Origin: Sulfurovum sp.
GTDB lineage: Bacteria; Campylobacterota; Campylobacteria; Campylobacterales; Sulfurovaceae
DNA: 32,807 bases
NCBI GenBank assembly: GCA_026984165.1
Contig: JALSSQ010000302.1
Coordinates: forward strand, 1 to 32,807
Direction: 5' to 3'
Positions within the stretch are counted from its first letter, which is position 1. Each line of letters begins with the position of its first letter. Both the position numbers and the translations under genes were made by a program. Positions 1 to 8,820 of the stretch are shown here, one piece after another. Below the pieces are notes generated by a model. That model was given only the letters and a program-made list of their open reading frames with translations. It was not told the origin of the DNA and made no database searches.

Positions 1-1782
1 ACCTGCCATTGGTGTCATGTGATGGAAGAGGAGAGTTTTACAGATTTGGAAGTAGCGAAGTTGCTTAATGATAATTTTATTTCTATCAAGGTAGATAGAG
101 AACAGTATCCACAGATAGACAAGAAGTATCAGAAACTATATACAAAGGTGTATGGTAAACGAGGGGGATGGCCTTTGAGTGTGTTTATGACAGCTCAAAA
201 AGAGGTGTTTTTTATGGGGACATATATTCCCAAAGAAGAAGCGTATGGTTCGGAGGGATTGTTGCACTTATTACCCTCTTTTGTTGCCTTATCCAAAGAA
301 AAACAGGCGATCTCTAAGGCGATAGAAAAACACAAAAAACAGATAGAGACTAAAACATTCCATCTACCTCAAAGTACAAAACTGATAAACACAACAATGT
401 TGGCACTCAGTAAACAATTTGATGTAAACAATGGTGGCTTTGCAAAACGTCCTAAATTTCCTGAAGCCTCAAAAATAGCACTTTTATTAGATATTTATGC
501 ATTGAATGGCAATGAAAAAGCGTTGTATATGGCAGAACAGACACTCCAAAAAATGGCAAGAGGAGGCATTTATGACCAAATATATGGAGGGTTTTTTAGA
601 TATACGGTCGATGAAGCATGGCAGATACCACACTTTGAAAAGATGCTATACACCAATGCGGAGCTTATTGGGGTATATGCAAAAGCATATGCCCTCACAG
701 GAGAGAAACTTTACAAAAAAGTGGTGGAGGAGAGTATTGCTCAAATGGAAAAGCACTATGCACAAGACGGGGTGCATTTCTCCGCAAGTGATGCAGACTC
801 TGGAGGTGAGGAGGGCGGGTATTTTATTTATGCCTATGCAGTGATAAAAAATGCTTTAACAAAGAGAGGATGGAAAGTTAAAGAGATAGAAGATACGTTG
901 GCATATTTGGGCATAGAAGAAGATGGCAATATCGATGGAGAGCTCTCCCAGCCACACATTACTTCTGAGGCGGTACCTCCTAGAGTAGAAGAGCTAAAGG
1001 CGTACCTTAGAAAAATAAGTAGCAAACGACCTTTTCCATTTGTAGATAAAAAAATCAATACTGCATGGAATGCTATGATGATAAAGGCACTTTTTGAGGC
1101 CTCAAAAATAGACAAGAGCTATCTTGTTTTGGCACAAAAGAGTATGGATGCCTTGCTTGTCCTTATGAGACCCAAAGAGATACTTTATCATCAAACGCTT
1201 ATAGGCAAAGTACCTACACAAAAAGCACTGCTTGAGGATTACGCTTTTTTAGTGGATGCACTCATTGCGGGTTATGAGCGAAGTTATGATGAGAGGTATT
1301 TACAACTAGCGCACACTTTAACAGAGGAAGCAATAAGTAAATTTTATAGAGACAAACACTGGTACCTAAGTGATGATGACATAGGTACCTATGCTGACTT
1401 TGATGACAGGTATTACACTTCTGCTTTATCTGTGATGCTAGATGATTTACTTCGCGTAGGTGCTTTAACTGAAATGTTAACATACAACAGTTTGGTAAAA
1501 GAAACAATAACACAGAGTGCTACTGTCTTAGATGTCAATCCAGCCTCTGCTTCCAAATTGGTTGATATTTTTTTACGATTATATAAAGGCGATATTATCA
1601 TTCATGCCAAAAAAGAGAAGTTACGTATTGCTCAAGTGGTACTAGATAAGGTGCAGTACCCATTCCTTTTAAGCAAAGTACAAGAGAGTGATGCGTATCT
1701 TGCCTGTAAAACGACTATGTGTTTTGCTCATGATAAAAATATCACTAAACTCATAGAAAAAATTAAGAAGGCTATACAATAA
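1..1782 (+). CDS. yyaL: Thioredoxin-domain protein, YyaL/SSP411 (SPATA20) family; 5'-truncated by the window edge
   Basis: Frame 1 is open from base 1 (T-C-H-W-C-H-V-M-E-E-E-S-F), so the CHWC motif lies upstream of the ORF-track start at 19. Family motifs present: KVDRE, GGWPLSVF, GGF..PKFP, GGIYDQ..GGF.RY, PHFEKMLY, DADS, WNAMMI, LEDYA. Confidence 0.9.
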   Translation, partial: TCHWCHVMEEESFTDLEVAKLLNDNFISIKVDREQYPQIDKKYQKLYTKVYGKRGGWPLSVFMTAQKEVFFMGTYIPKEEAYGSEGLLHLLPSFVALSKEKQAISKAIEKHKKQIETKTFHLPQSTKLINTTMLALSKQFDVNNGGFAKRPKFPEASKIALLLDIYALNGNEKALYMAEQTLQKMARGGIYDQIYGGFFRYTVDEAWQIPHFEKMLYTNAELIGVYAKAYALTGEKLYKKVVEESIAQMEKHYAQDGVHFSASDADSGGEEGGYFIYAYAVIKNALTKRGWKVKEIEDTLAYLGIEEDGNIDGELSQPHITSEAVPPRVEELKAYLRKISSKRPFPFVDKKINTAWNAMMIKALFEASKIDKSYLVLAQKSMDALLVLMRPKEILYHQTLIGKVPTQKALLEDYAFLVDALIAGYERSYDERYLQLAHTLTEEAISKFYRDKHWYLSDDDIGTYADFDDRYYTSALSVMLDDLLRVGALTEMLTYNSLVKETITQSATVLDVNPASASKLVDIFLRLYKGDIIIHAKKEKLRIAQVVLDKVQYPFLLSKVQESDAYLACKTTMCFAHDKNITKLIEKIKKAIQ

Positions 1783-2147
1783 TGCTTACCATGAATGATG
1801 ACCTAGAAGGGGCACTCAAAGCCTACATGAAACTGCTAGATGAAGAAGAATATTTTGAGGCACATGAAGTGCTTGAAGAGGCATGGCATCCTTTACGCTT
1901 GAAAAAGCACCCTTTGGCAAACTTGGTAAAAGGGTTCATCAATGGAGCGATTACCTTTGAACATATCAAACGCAATCGCAAAAATATGCCCAACAAAGCA
2001 CAGCGTGTCATCGCTTCATATGAACGCTATGCACACCTATGTACCGAGGAGATAGAGCATGCGGCACTTTTTAAAGAAGCCAAAGAAAAAATAGAAGCAT
2101 TAAAAGTCAAACATCAAGAGGTCTTTAATGTTTTGGTATCACGCTAG
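1782..2147 (+). CDS. DUF309 family protein
   Basis: YFEAHEVLEEAW is the DUF309 signature; start overlaps the upstream stop (TAATG). Confidence 0.85.
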   Translation: MLTMNDDLEGALKAYMKLLDEEEYFEAHEVLEEAWHPLRLKKHPLANLVKGFINGAITFEHIKRNRKNMPNKAQRVIASYERYAHLCTEEIEHAALFKEAKEKIEALKVKHQEVFNVLVSR

Positions 2148-3402
2148 TACAAAGCATTCTTATAACTCTGTACGCACTAACCCTAACCGTATCGCATGGG
2201 AAAACCAGCCGAACACTTATAAAAACTACCCAGAGAGTTACAAAAAATATAAGTTAAATTTGGAGGTGGTAGAAGATAATTTTCTCTATCATATCGCAGG
2301 ACTAACTGCTAAAAAAACATACCCTAGTGGTGAGTATTATCTACGTATCAACCCCTCTGCAGGGGCACTTTACCCAAATGAACTCTATTTTCAGATGCGA
2401 GGAGTAGAGGGGAAAAAGGATGGCATTTACCACTACGAAGTGCGTAGTGCCTCATTGACATTACTGCAAAGTATCAACGAAGATGAAGGGCTAGAGCCTT
2501 ATTTGGGATTTAATAGAGCGATGCGTGGGTACCTTTTTTTAGTCTCTGCTGTCTATTACCGCTCTTCATGGAAATATAAAAACCGCGCTTTTCGCTACTG
2601 TTTGCTAGATGCTGGACATTTATTAGGAAGCATAGAAGCTGCTGCACTACTCAAACCCCATGTAGTACAGATGTTATACAATATTAATAGAGAAAAGCTA
2701 AATCGTATGTTTGGATTTGAAGGCAGGGAGTGGTTTTTAGCAGGTGCATCTATGGCAGTACCTATAAAAAACACAGAGGTAGAAGCGATAGAGTTTGCCC
2801 TGCCTTATGTCGATGCCAGCAGAAGTTTTGAACAAAATGAGATAATAGAGCAGGCATACAGTGAGACTATGAATTTAGAAGCCTGCAAGCGTCAAATCAA
2901 AGCGCCCAAATTTACGTACAATACTACCAAACTACAAGAAACACTTTTTCACAGACGCTCACAGCGTGGCTTTCATGAAGGAGCCATTACCAAAGGGCAG
3001 TTTAACTACATCTTAGAAATGATAGAACAGCCCATACTCTCAGACTGTGATGAAAAAGTCAATGTCTATGTGGTCGTCAATCGTGTACTTGATATGCCAT
3101 TAGGACTTTACAAAGATGGAGCGTATGTCAAGTATGGAGATTTCGCACAAAAAGCAGGCTATCTATCGCTAGAGCAATACTCACTCTCTCAGCAAGGTGC
3201 AGCGGCTTTCTTTTTAACCTCTAAAGCCAAAAACTACCAAGCTCTCTACCAAAAAGCAGGCATCATAGGGCAACGTCTTTATGTGGCAGCACAGTATATG
3301 CAGATAGGATGTTCCGGCATAGGTGCCTACTATGATGATGAGGTCAATGACTTTTTAGGTAATGATGAAATGGTTTTGTATGCTTTGGCGATAGGAAAGT
3401 AA
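2128..3402 (+). CDS. SagB/ThcOx-family dehydrogenase (tandem nitroreductase domains, FMN-dependent)
   Basis: YHxxTKHS N-terminus, RINPSAGALYP, RSSWKY..RAFRYCLLDAGH; second domain has RRSQRGF and SGIGAYYDD. Confidence 0.85.
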   Translation: MFWYHASTKHSYNSVRTNPNRIAWENQPNTYKNYPESYKKYKLNLEVVEDNFLYHIAGLTAKKTYPSGEYYLRINPSAGALYPNELYFQMRGVEGKKDGIYHYEVRSASLTLLQSINEDEGLEPYLGFNRAMRGYLFLVSAVYYRSSWKYKNRAFRYCLLDAGHLLGSIEAAALLKPHVVQMLYNINREKLNRMFGFEGREWFLAGASMAVPIKNTEVEAIEFALPYVDASRSFEQNEIIEQAYSETMNLEACKRQIKAPKFTYNTTKLQETLFHRRSQRGFHEGAITKGQFNYILEMIEQPILSDCDEKVNVYVVVNRVLDMPLGLYKDGAYVKYGDFAQKAGYLSLEQYSLSQQGAAAFFLTSKAKNYQALYQKAGIIGQRLYVAAQYMQIGCSGIGAYYDDEVNDFLGNDEMVLYALAIGK

Positions 3403-3420
3403 CATTTATTAGGTTCATAG

Positions 3421-3426
3421 TATAAT
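3421..3426 (+). promoter_or_regulatory. Candidate sigma70 -10 box for the ynb-like cluster
   Basis: Perfect TATAAT 25 nt upstream of the ATG at 3451, followed by an AAGGGA RBS; AT-rich context lowers specificity. Confidence 0.4.
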
Positions 3427-3450
3427 AGTTTAATTTTATAAGGGAATAGA

Positions 3451-4044
3451 ATGACTATTTATGATTTAAAACCAAAGTTTCAAGCTTTACTTCGACCAAT
3501 TGTCGAAAGTTTACATACTAAAGGGATTACGCCCAATCAAGTAACATGGGCAGCCCTTATACTCTCTATCTTAACAGGTGCATTGGTTGCCCTCACACAG
3601 GGGGAAACATGGATACTCCTTCTCATACCTTTTGTAATGTTTATACGAATGGCACTTAATGCTATAGATGGCATCCTTGCCAAAGAATACGATATGATGA
3701 GTGATAAAGGTGCTATGCTCAATGAATTAGGTGATGTTATTTCAGATGTGGCACTTTATTTACCTTTAGCATTGATCTCAGGACTTTCGCCTGTGTTGGT
3801 GGTACTTTTTGTCGTCATAGGACTTTTTACAGAGGTAGCGGGCATACTTGGTGCAGTGATAGGGGGTACACGTCGCTATGATGGCCCGATGGGTAAGAGT
3901 GATAGAGCGTTTGTTGTGGGACTATTGGCTCTGCTTATAGGGCTTGGTGTAATGCCAGGCTGGTGGTCAGATGGACTCTTGCTTCTCTCTATTATTCTGG
4001 GTATAGTGACAGTATGGAACAGAGCTAGAAAAGGATTGGAATAA
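3451..4044 (+). CDS. ynbA: CDP-alcohol phosphatidyltransferase, YnbA-like
   Basis: YDLKPKFQ N-terminus, TPNQVT, NAIDGILAK...GAMLNELGD variant of the CDP-alcohol motif, RRYDGPMGKSDR; hydrophobic. Confidence 0.85.
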   Translation: MTIYDLKPKFQALLRPIVESLHTKGITPNQVTWAALILSILTGALVALTQGETWILLLIPFVMFIRMALNAIDGILAKEYDMMSDKGAMLNELGDVISDVALYLPLALISGLSPVLVVLFVVIGLFTEVAGILGAVIGGTRRYDGPMGKSDRAFVVGLLALLIGLGVMPGWWSDGLLLLSIILGIVTVWNRARKGLE

Positions 4045-4953
4045 ATGGTAAGTGTTGAAGCAGGTATAGTCTTAGGAGGTATTCTTCTTACACTCATAGC
4101 AGCGACGGTACTCATCTATGTTAAATTTCCTACACAAGAGCTTAAAGACCGTATCAATTCATGGTGGATTATTATAGGATTTTTTACGGTAGGTACGATG
4201 TTAAATACTACGGCTGCTATGTTTTTCTTTGGTTTTCTATCATATTTGGCACTCAAAGAATATTTCACACTTATTCCTTCTCGCCAAACAGATCGACGGG
4301 TGATGTTTTATGCTTATGTGTCCATCATTCCGCAATATTATTTTGCAGGTATTGGATGGTATGGTATGTTTATTATTTGGATACCGGTATTTCTTTTTCT
4401 TCTGTTGCCCTTTAGGCAGGTACTTATAGGCGAAACCAAAGGGTTTTTAGAAAATACCTCACGGGTTCAGTGGGGACTTATAATGTTTGTTTTTGGTCTT
4501 TCTCATTTAGCATACATGATAACTTTAAAACCCGTAACGGGACAGAGTGTAGGGGGTACAGAGCTTGTACTCTATTTGGTACTACTGACAGAACTCAATG
4601 ATATCCTTCAGTATATATGGGGGAAATCAATAGGTAAAAGAAAAATCATTCCTAAAGTAAGTCCAAACAAAACTGTCGAGGGTTTTGTAGGTGCTTTTGT
4701 AAGCATCAGCATCTTGGCTGTACTGCTTTCTTTTCTTACCCCTTTTACTTGGTACGAAGCGCTCATCGCAGGGATGATTATCTCTGCAGGTGGGTTTATA
4801 GGGGATGTGGTTATCTCTATGATTAAGCGTGACATCGGTGTTAAGGATTCGGGCAATATGTTACCTGGACATGGAGGGATATTGGACAGGGTAGATAGCC
4901 TTATCTACACAACACCACTTTTTTTTCATTATGTATACTATCTTTACTATTAG
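4045..4953 (+). CDS. ynbB: Phosphatidate cytidylyltransferase (CDP-DAG synthase paralogue), YnbB-like
   Basis: SPNKTVEG and KRDIGVKDSGNMLPGHGGILDRVDS (CdsA signature); multi-TM; ATG abuts the ynbA stop. Confidence 0.85.
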   Translation: MVSVEAGIVLGGILLTLIAATVLIYVKFPTQELKDRINSWWIIIGFFTVGTMLNTTAAMFFFGFLSYLALKEYFTLIPSRQTDRRVMFYAYVSIIPQYYFAGIGWYGMFIIWIPVFLFLLLPFRQVLIGETKGFLENTSRVQWGLIMFVFGLSHLAYMITLKPVTGQSVGGTELVLYLVLLTELNDILQYIWGKSIGKRKIIPKVSPNKTVEGFVGAFVSISILAVLLSFLTPFTWYEALIAGMIISAGGFIGDVVISMIKRDIGVKDSGNMLPGHGGILDRVDSLIYTTPLFFHYVYYLYY

Positions 4954-4962
4954 GAGAAAGAG

Positions 4963-5592
4963 ATGTTAAAAAAGATATTTTTTGCACTTTTTGTTCGCCC
5001 TTTGGTACTCATAGTCTCTGGTGTGCATGTGGTCAACAAAGAGAATCTACCACTTGAGGGCCCCTGTATTATCGCAGCCAATCATAATAGTCATCTTGAT
5101 ACCTTGGTGTTAATGAGCCTCTTTCCTCTTAGTGATATTCATCAAGTTCGACCAGTAGCTGCAGCTGATTATTTTATGAAGAATAAATGGTTCGCATGGT
5201 TCTCTTTGACTGTGTTAGGTATTATCTCTATCAAGCGTAGACCAAGTAAAGAAGAGGGGCATCCTCTTTTGGGTGTCACCAAAGCGTTGGAAGCAGGAGA
5301 AATAGTTATCATTTTTCCAGAAGGTAGTCGTGGTATACCGGACGAAATGAATACATTTAAGACGGGTATAGCGCATCTAGCAAAACAGTTTCCTCATGTA
5401 CCAGTAGTCCCCGTATATATTCATGGTGCAGGTAAAGCTTTACCTAAAGGCGAGGCACTATTTGTACCCTTTATTATAGATGTGCATATTGGTAAAGCAT
5501 TATATAATGAAGATGAAAACAATCAATCTTTTACCAAAAGATTAGAAAGAAACATAAAAGAGCTAGAAAAGGAATATATAAAAAGTGTATAG
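4963..5592 (+). CDS. Lysophospholipid acyltransferase (PlsC-like, 1-acyl-sn-glycerol-3-phosphate acyltransferase family)
   Basis: NHNSHLD (HxxxxD), AAADYF, FPEGSR, FKTG, VPVVPV motifs; GGAG RBS. Confidence 0.88.
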   Translation: MLKKIFFALFVRPLVLIVSGVHVVNKENLPLEGPCIIAANHNSHLDTLVLMSLFPLSDIHQVRPVAAADYFMKNKWFAWFSLTVLGIISIKRRPSKEEGHPLLGVTKALEAGEIVIIFPEGSRGIPDEMNTFKTGIAHLAKQFPHVPVVPVYIHGAGKALPKGEALFVPFIIDVHIGKALYNEDENNQSFTKRLERNIKELEKEYIKSV

Positions 5593-5652
5593 TAACATTT
5601 TACATTTTTTTATTACTTTATATATATGTGTTAAAAACAGAAGGACTAATCG

Positions 5653-7374
5653 ATGAAGACAACAGAAAGTACGTTTAAAAGTTTTGACAATACAGCACTA
5701 TTTTACAGAGAGTGGGAACATGAGGTGGAGTCTAATGGACGTATTCTCATCATCTTGCACCGTGGTCATGAGCATTCTGGAAGATTAGAGAGTATTGCGG
5801 CTAATCCAGAATTTGCAGGATATAAGATATTTTCTTATGATAACAGAGGACATGGACATACAGAAGCAGAAGCGAGTTATGAATTTATGGAGCTTGTGCG
5901 TGACTTGGATGCTTTTGTCTCTTTTGTGTGTGAAAAAGAGGGTATAAAGCAAGAAGATATTTTTATCATCGCGAATTCTGTAGCAGGGGTGATTGCGAGT
6001 ACTTGGGTACATGACTATGCACCAAAAGTAAAAGGTGTGGCACTTATAGCCCCTGCATTTAAGATCAAACTTTATTTTCCTTTTGCGAAATTATTTTTGA
6101 AGTTAGCCATCATGTTCAAGCCAGAATTAAATATTAAGTCTTATGTGAAGTCAAAATTTCTTACCCATAATATAGAAGAACAAAGGTCTTATGATGAAGA
6201 TACACTTATCATGCCACATATCCCTGCTAGACAGCTGACCACTTTACTTGATACTGCACAAAGGGTAGTAAAAGATGCAGAAACGATAGTCCTCCCAATG
6301 TTAGTGCTTTCAGCCACTAAAGACTATGTAGTAGAAAGTGCTGTGCAGGGTGACTTTTATGCGAAACTCTCTTCATCTTTCAAACGCTTTGTAAAACTAG
6401 ACGGATTTTACCATGGAGTACTTTATGAAAGTGGATGTCAAAAGGCCATAGCAGAGATAGCCTCTTTTATGGAGGTGTGTTATAGTCGAGAAAATACCTT
6501 TATGTTAGAAGAAGTGATACGGGTAACACAAAAAGAAAAAGATATCATTGCCTTTGGAACACTTCCCGTATGGAAAGAAGCGTTGTATGCCACACAACGT
6601 TTTCTGATGAAAACATTAGGATTTATGAGTGACGGAATAAAAATAGGACAAAAATATGGTTTTGATTCAGGTGTCACATTAGACCACGTTTATAAAAACA
6701 AACCAAGTGGTGTTACTTGGCTAGGAAAAATGATAGACAAAAATTACTTAGAGAGTATAGGGTGGAAAGGTATCAGGCAACGTAAGCTGCATATGATAGC
6801 CGCGATCAAAGCAAAAATAGCTCTATTACAAGAAAAAGATGAGAAAGTACGTATCTTGGACATCGCAGGAGGACCTGCACGGTATCTTATAGAGATAGCT
6901 GAGGCTTATCCAGAAGTGGAGATACAAGTACGTGACTATCAGCAACAAAATATAGAAGAGGGTAGAGCTTTAGCAAAAGAACGCAAGCTATCCAATATTA
7001 CCTATGCACAAAGTGATGCATTTTGTGTAGATAATTATGATTTAAAAGGGTATAGACCAAATATTGTCATCATCTCAGGAGTATTTGAACTGTTTGAAGA
7101 CAATGATCTTATAGGTGTAGCTATGGATGGTATTACTTCTATTATTCAAGAAGAGGGATATTTGCTTTATACAGGACAACCGTGGCACCCACAGTTAGAA
7201 CAGATAGCCAACGTCTTGGGCAATCACAGACAAGAAAAATGGATTATGCGTCGTCGAAGTCAATATGAGTTAGACACCCTTTTTGGAATTCGAGGATTTG
7301 TAAAAGAACAAATGGCTATAGATAACCAGGGCATCTTTACCGTATCATCAGCACAATATAAAGGGAAAAACTAA
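5653..7374 (+). CDS. ynbC: Bifunctional alpha/beta hydrolase (lysophospholipase-like) / class I SAM-dependent methyltransferase, YnbC-like
   Basis: HRGHEHSGR, DNRGHG, ANSVA nucleophile elbow, KDYVV, FYHG; C-terminal GFDSGVTLD, GWKGIRQRK, LDIAGGPARY, SGVFELF, YTGQPWHPQLE. Confidence 0.88.
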   Translation: MKTTESTFKSFDNTALFYREWEHEVESNGRILIILHRGHEHSGRLESIAANPEFAGYKIFSYDNRGHGHTEAEASYEFMELVRDLDAFVSFVCEKEGIKQEDIFIIANSVAGVIASTWVHDYAPKVKGVALIAPAFKIKLYFPFAKLFLKLAIMFKPELNIKSYVKSKFLTHNIEEQRSYDEDTLIMPHIPARQLTTLLDTAQRVVKDAETIVLPMLVLSATKDYVVESAVQGDFYAKLSSSFKRFVKLDGFYHGVLYESGCQKAIAEIASFMEVCYSRENTFMLEEVIRVTQKEKDIIAFGTLPVWKEALYATQRFLMKTLGFMSDGIKIGQKYGFDSGVTLDHVYKNKPSGVTWLGKMIDKNYLESIGWKGIRQRKLHMIAAIKAKIALLQEKDEKVRILDIAGGPARYLIEIAEAYPEVEIQVRDYQQQNIEEGRALAKERKLSNITYAQSDAFCVDNYDLKGYRPNIVIISGVFELFEDNDLIGVAMDGITSIIQEEGYLLYTGQPWHPQLEQIANVLGNHRQEKWIMRRRSQYELDTLFGIRGFVKEQMAIDNQGIFTVSSAQYKGKN

Positions 7375-7378
7375 TATT

Positions 7379-8716
7379 ATGTATTATGCATTTGATCCTG
7401 AATTAACAGCACAATCTGTGATAAAAGAGCGTTTGGTGTGGATGCTCTATATCGGTATTATCTTCTTTTTGCTTTATGGTGTGGCAAACTATTATGCAGG
7501 ACTTACCGCGCCACACCCCTCACTCAATATTGACTGGGAAAAAAATATACCTTTTATTCCTGAATTTATTGTGCCTTATATGTCATCGGATGTGATGTTT
7601 ATTTGTGCTTTTCTTTTTCCTTACACACGCTTGGAGCTTCGTGTACTTGTAGCAAGGGTGCTGTTCATTATCCTTGTAGCAGTTTTATTTTTTACCCTGT
7701 TTCCGATGCAGTTTGCATTTGAAAAGCCTGCTACTACTGAGTCATTTTCTTTTCTTTTTGGTGTATTGAAAGCAGATTTACCCTATAACCAAGCGCCATC
7801 GTTACATATCGCTTTTGCTATAGTGTTGTGGTTTTCTATGCGCAAATATTTAACGATTTGGTGGTTAAAAATACTTGTTGCTACATGGATATGGCTTATT
7901 ATGCTTTCTACACTTTTTGTGTTTCAACACCATCTTATTGATCTTCCCACAGGTGCAGCTTTAGGATTCTTCACGCTTTATTTTATTCATGTAGAAAAAG
8001 ATTCTATCTTCATTAGAAGTTTTACCACACCACGCTCTCTCAAAATGGCACTTTATTATCTAGTCGCTTCAGCAGCGTTTCTTATACTTTCAGTTAATAT
8101 CGATTCTTTTTCTTGGTTACTATTTTGGTTATTTTTATCACTGTTTTCTGTGAGTGTTATTTATGCTTTTGGACTGAATACATTACTTGCAGGAAAAGAG
8201 GTTAAAGCCTCATGGTGGCAATGGTTACTGTTTGCACCTTATTTTATAGGCAATTATCTCTCCTGGCAGTATTATAAACATAAAATTCCCCTTATGCAAA
8301 GGCTCAAAGACAATGTTTATTTTGGACGCTATCCAAGTACAAAAGAATACGATATATTACAAGAAAAAGGTATTTCTATGGTGTTGAACCTTGCCACAGA
8401 ACAACAAGTCCAAAAACAAGGTTTGACAGAAATAAGGCTTCCTTTTTTAGATCAGACCATACAGAGTCCAGAATCTTTGCATCAAGGGGTACAGTGTATA
8501 GAAGATTACAAACAAGAAGGTGTGTATGTGCATTGTACGCTTGGACTTTCACGTTCAGTATTATTGGTCTCAGCGTGGCTTCTTTTCAATGGCTATAGCA
8601 TAGAAGAAACCCAAAAAGCCATAGCAAAAGTGCAGCCCATATCATTGAAATCTCCTTATATGCGCATTAACTTGGAAATATATCAAAACTATTTGCACGG
8701 ATTAGACCCAGCTTAA
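7379..8716 (+). CDS. ynbD: PAP2-like membrane domain / dual-specificity phosphatase fusion, YnbD-like
   Basis: WEKNIPF, PYNQAPSLH and QHHLID in the TM region; C-terminal VHCTLGLSRS (HCxxGxxRS P-loop). Confidence 0.85.
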   Translation: MYYAFDPELTAQSVIKERLVWMLYIGIIFFLLYGVANYYAGLTAPHPSLNIDWEKNIPFIPEFIVPYMSSDVMFICAFLFPYTRLELRVLVARVLFIILVAVLFFTLFPMQFAFEKPATTESFSFLFGVLKADLPYNQAPSLHIAFAIVLWFSMRKYLTIWWLKILVATWIWLIMLSTLFVFQHHLIDLPTGAALGFFTLYFIHVEKDSIFIRSFTTPRSLKMALYYLVASAAFLILSVNIDSFSWLLFWLFLSLFSVSVIYAFGLNTLLAGKEVKASWWQWLLFAPYFIGNYLSWQYYKHKIPLMQRLKDNVYFGRYPSTKEYDILQEKGISMVLNLATEQQVQKQGLTEIRLPFLDQTIQSPESLHQGVQCIEDYKQEGVYVHCTLGLSRSVLLVSAWLLFNGYSIEETQKAIAKVQPISLKSPYMRINLEIYQNYLHGLDPA

Positions 8717-8792
8717 TAGCATAATGAGGTTTTCAATTTTTTTGAAGATATTTATAAAATAATTAAATATTATAAATATATTCACTTTTAGT

Positions 8793-8798
8793 TATAAT
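8793..8798 (+). promoter_or_regulatory. Candidate -10 box for the YeeE/YedE pair
   Basis: TATAAT in an AT-rich spacer, 23 nt before the ATG at 8821, with an AAGGA RBS. Confidence 0.4.
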
Positions 8799-8820
8799 AT
8801 CAAAAAATTAAAGGATTTTT

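Noticed and set aside
2128-3402. SagB-type dehydrogenase as a sign of a thiazole/oxazole RiPP cluster
   Set aside because: No YcaO cyclodehydratase, E1-like protein, precursor peptide or exporter nearby; tandem SagB-like nitroreductases commonly occur alone.
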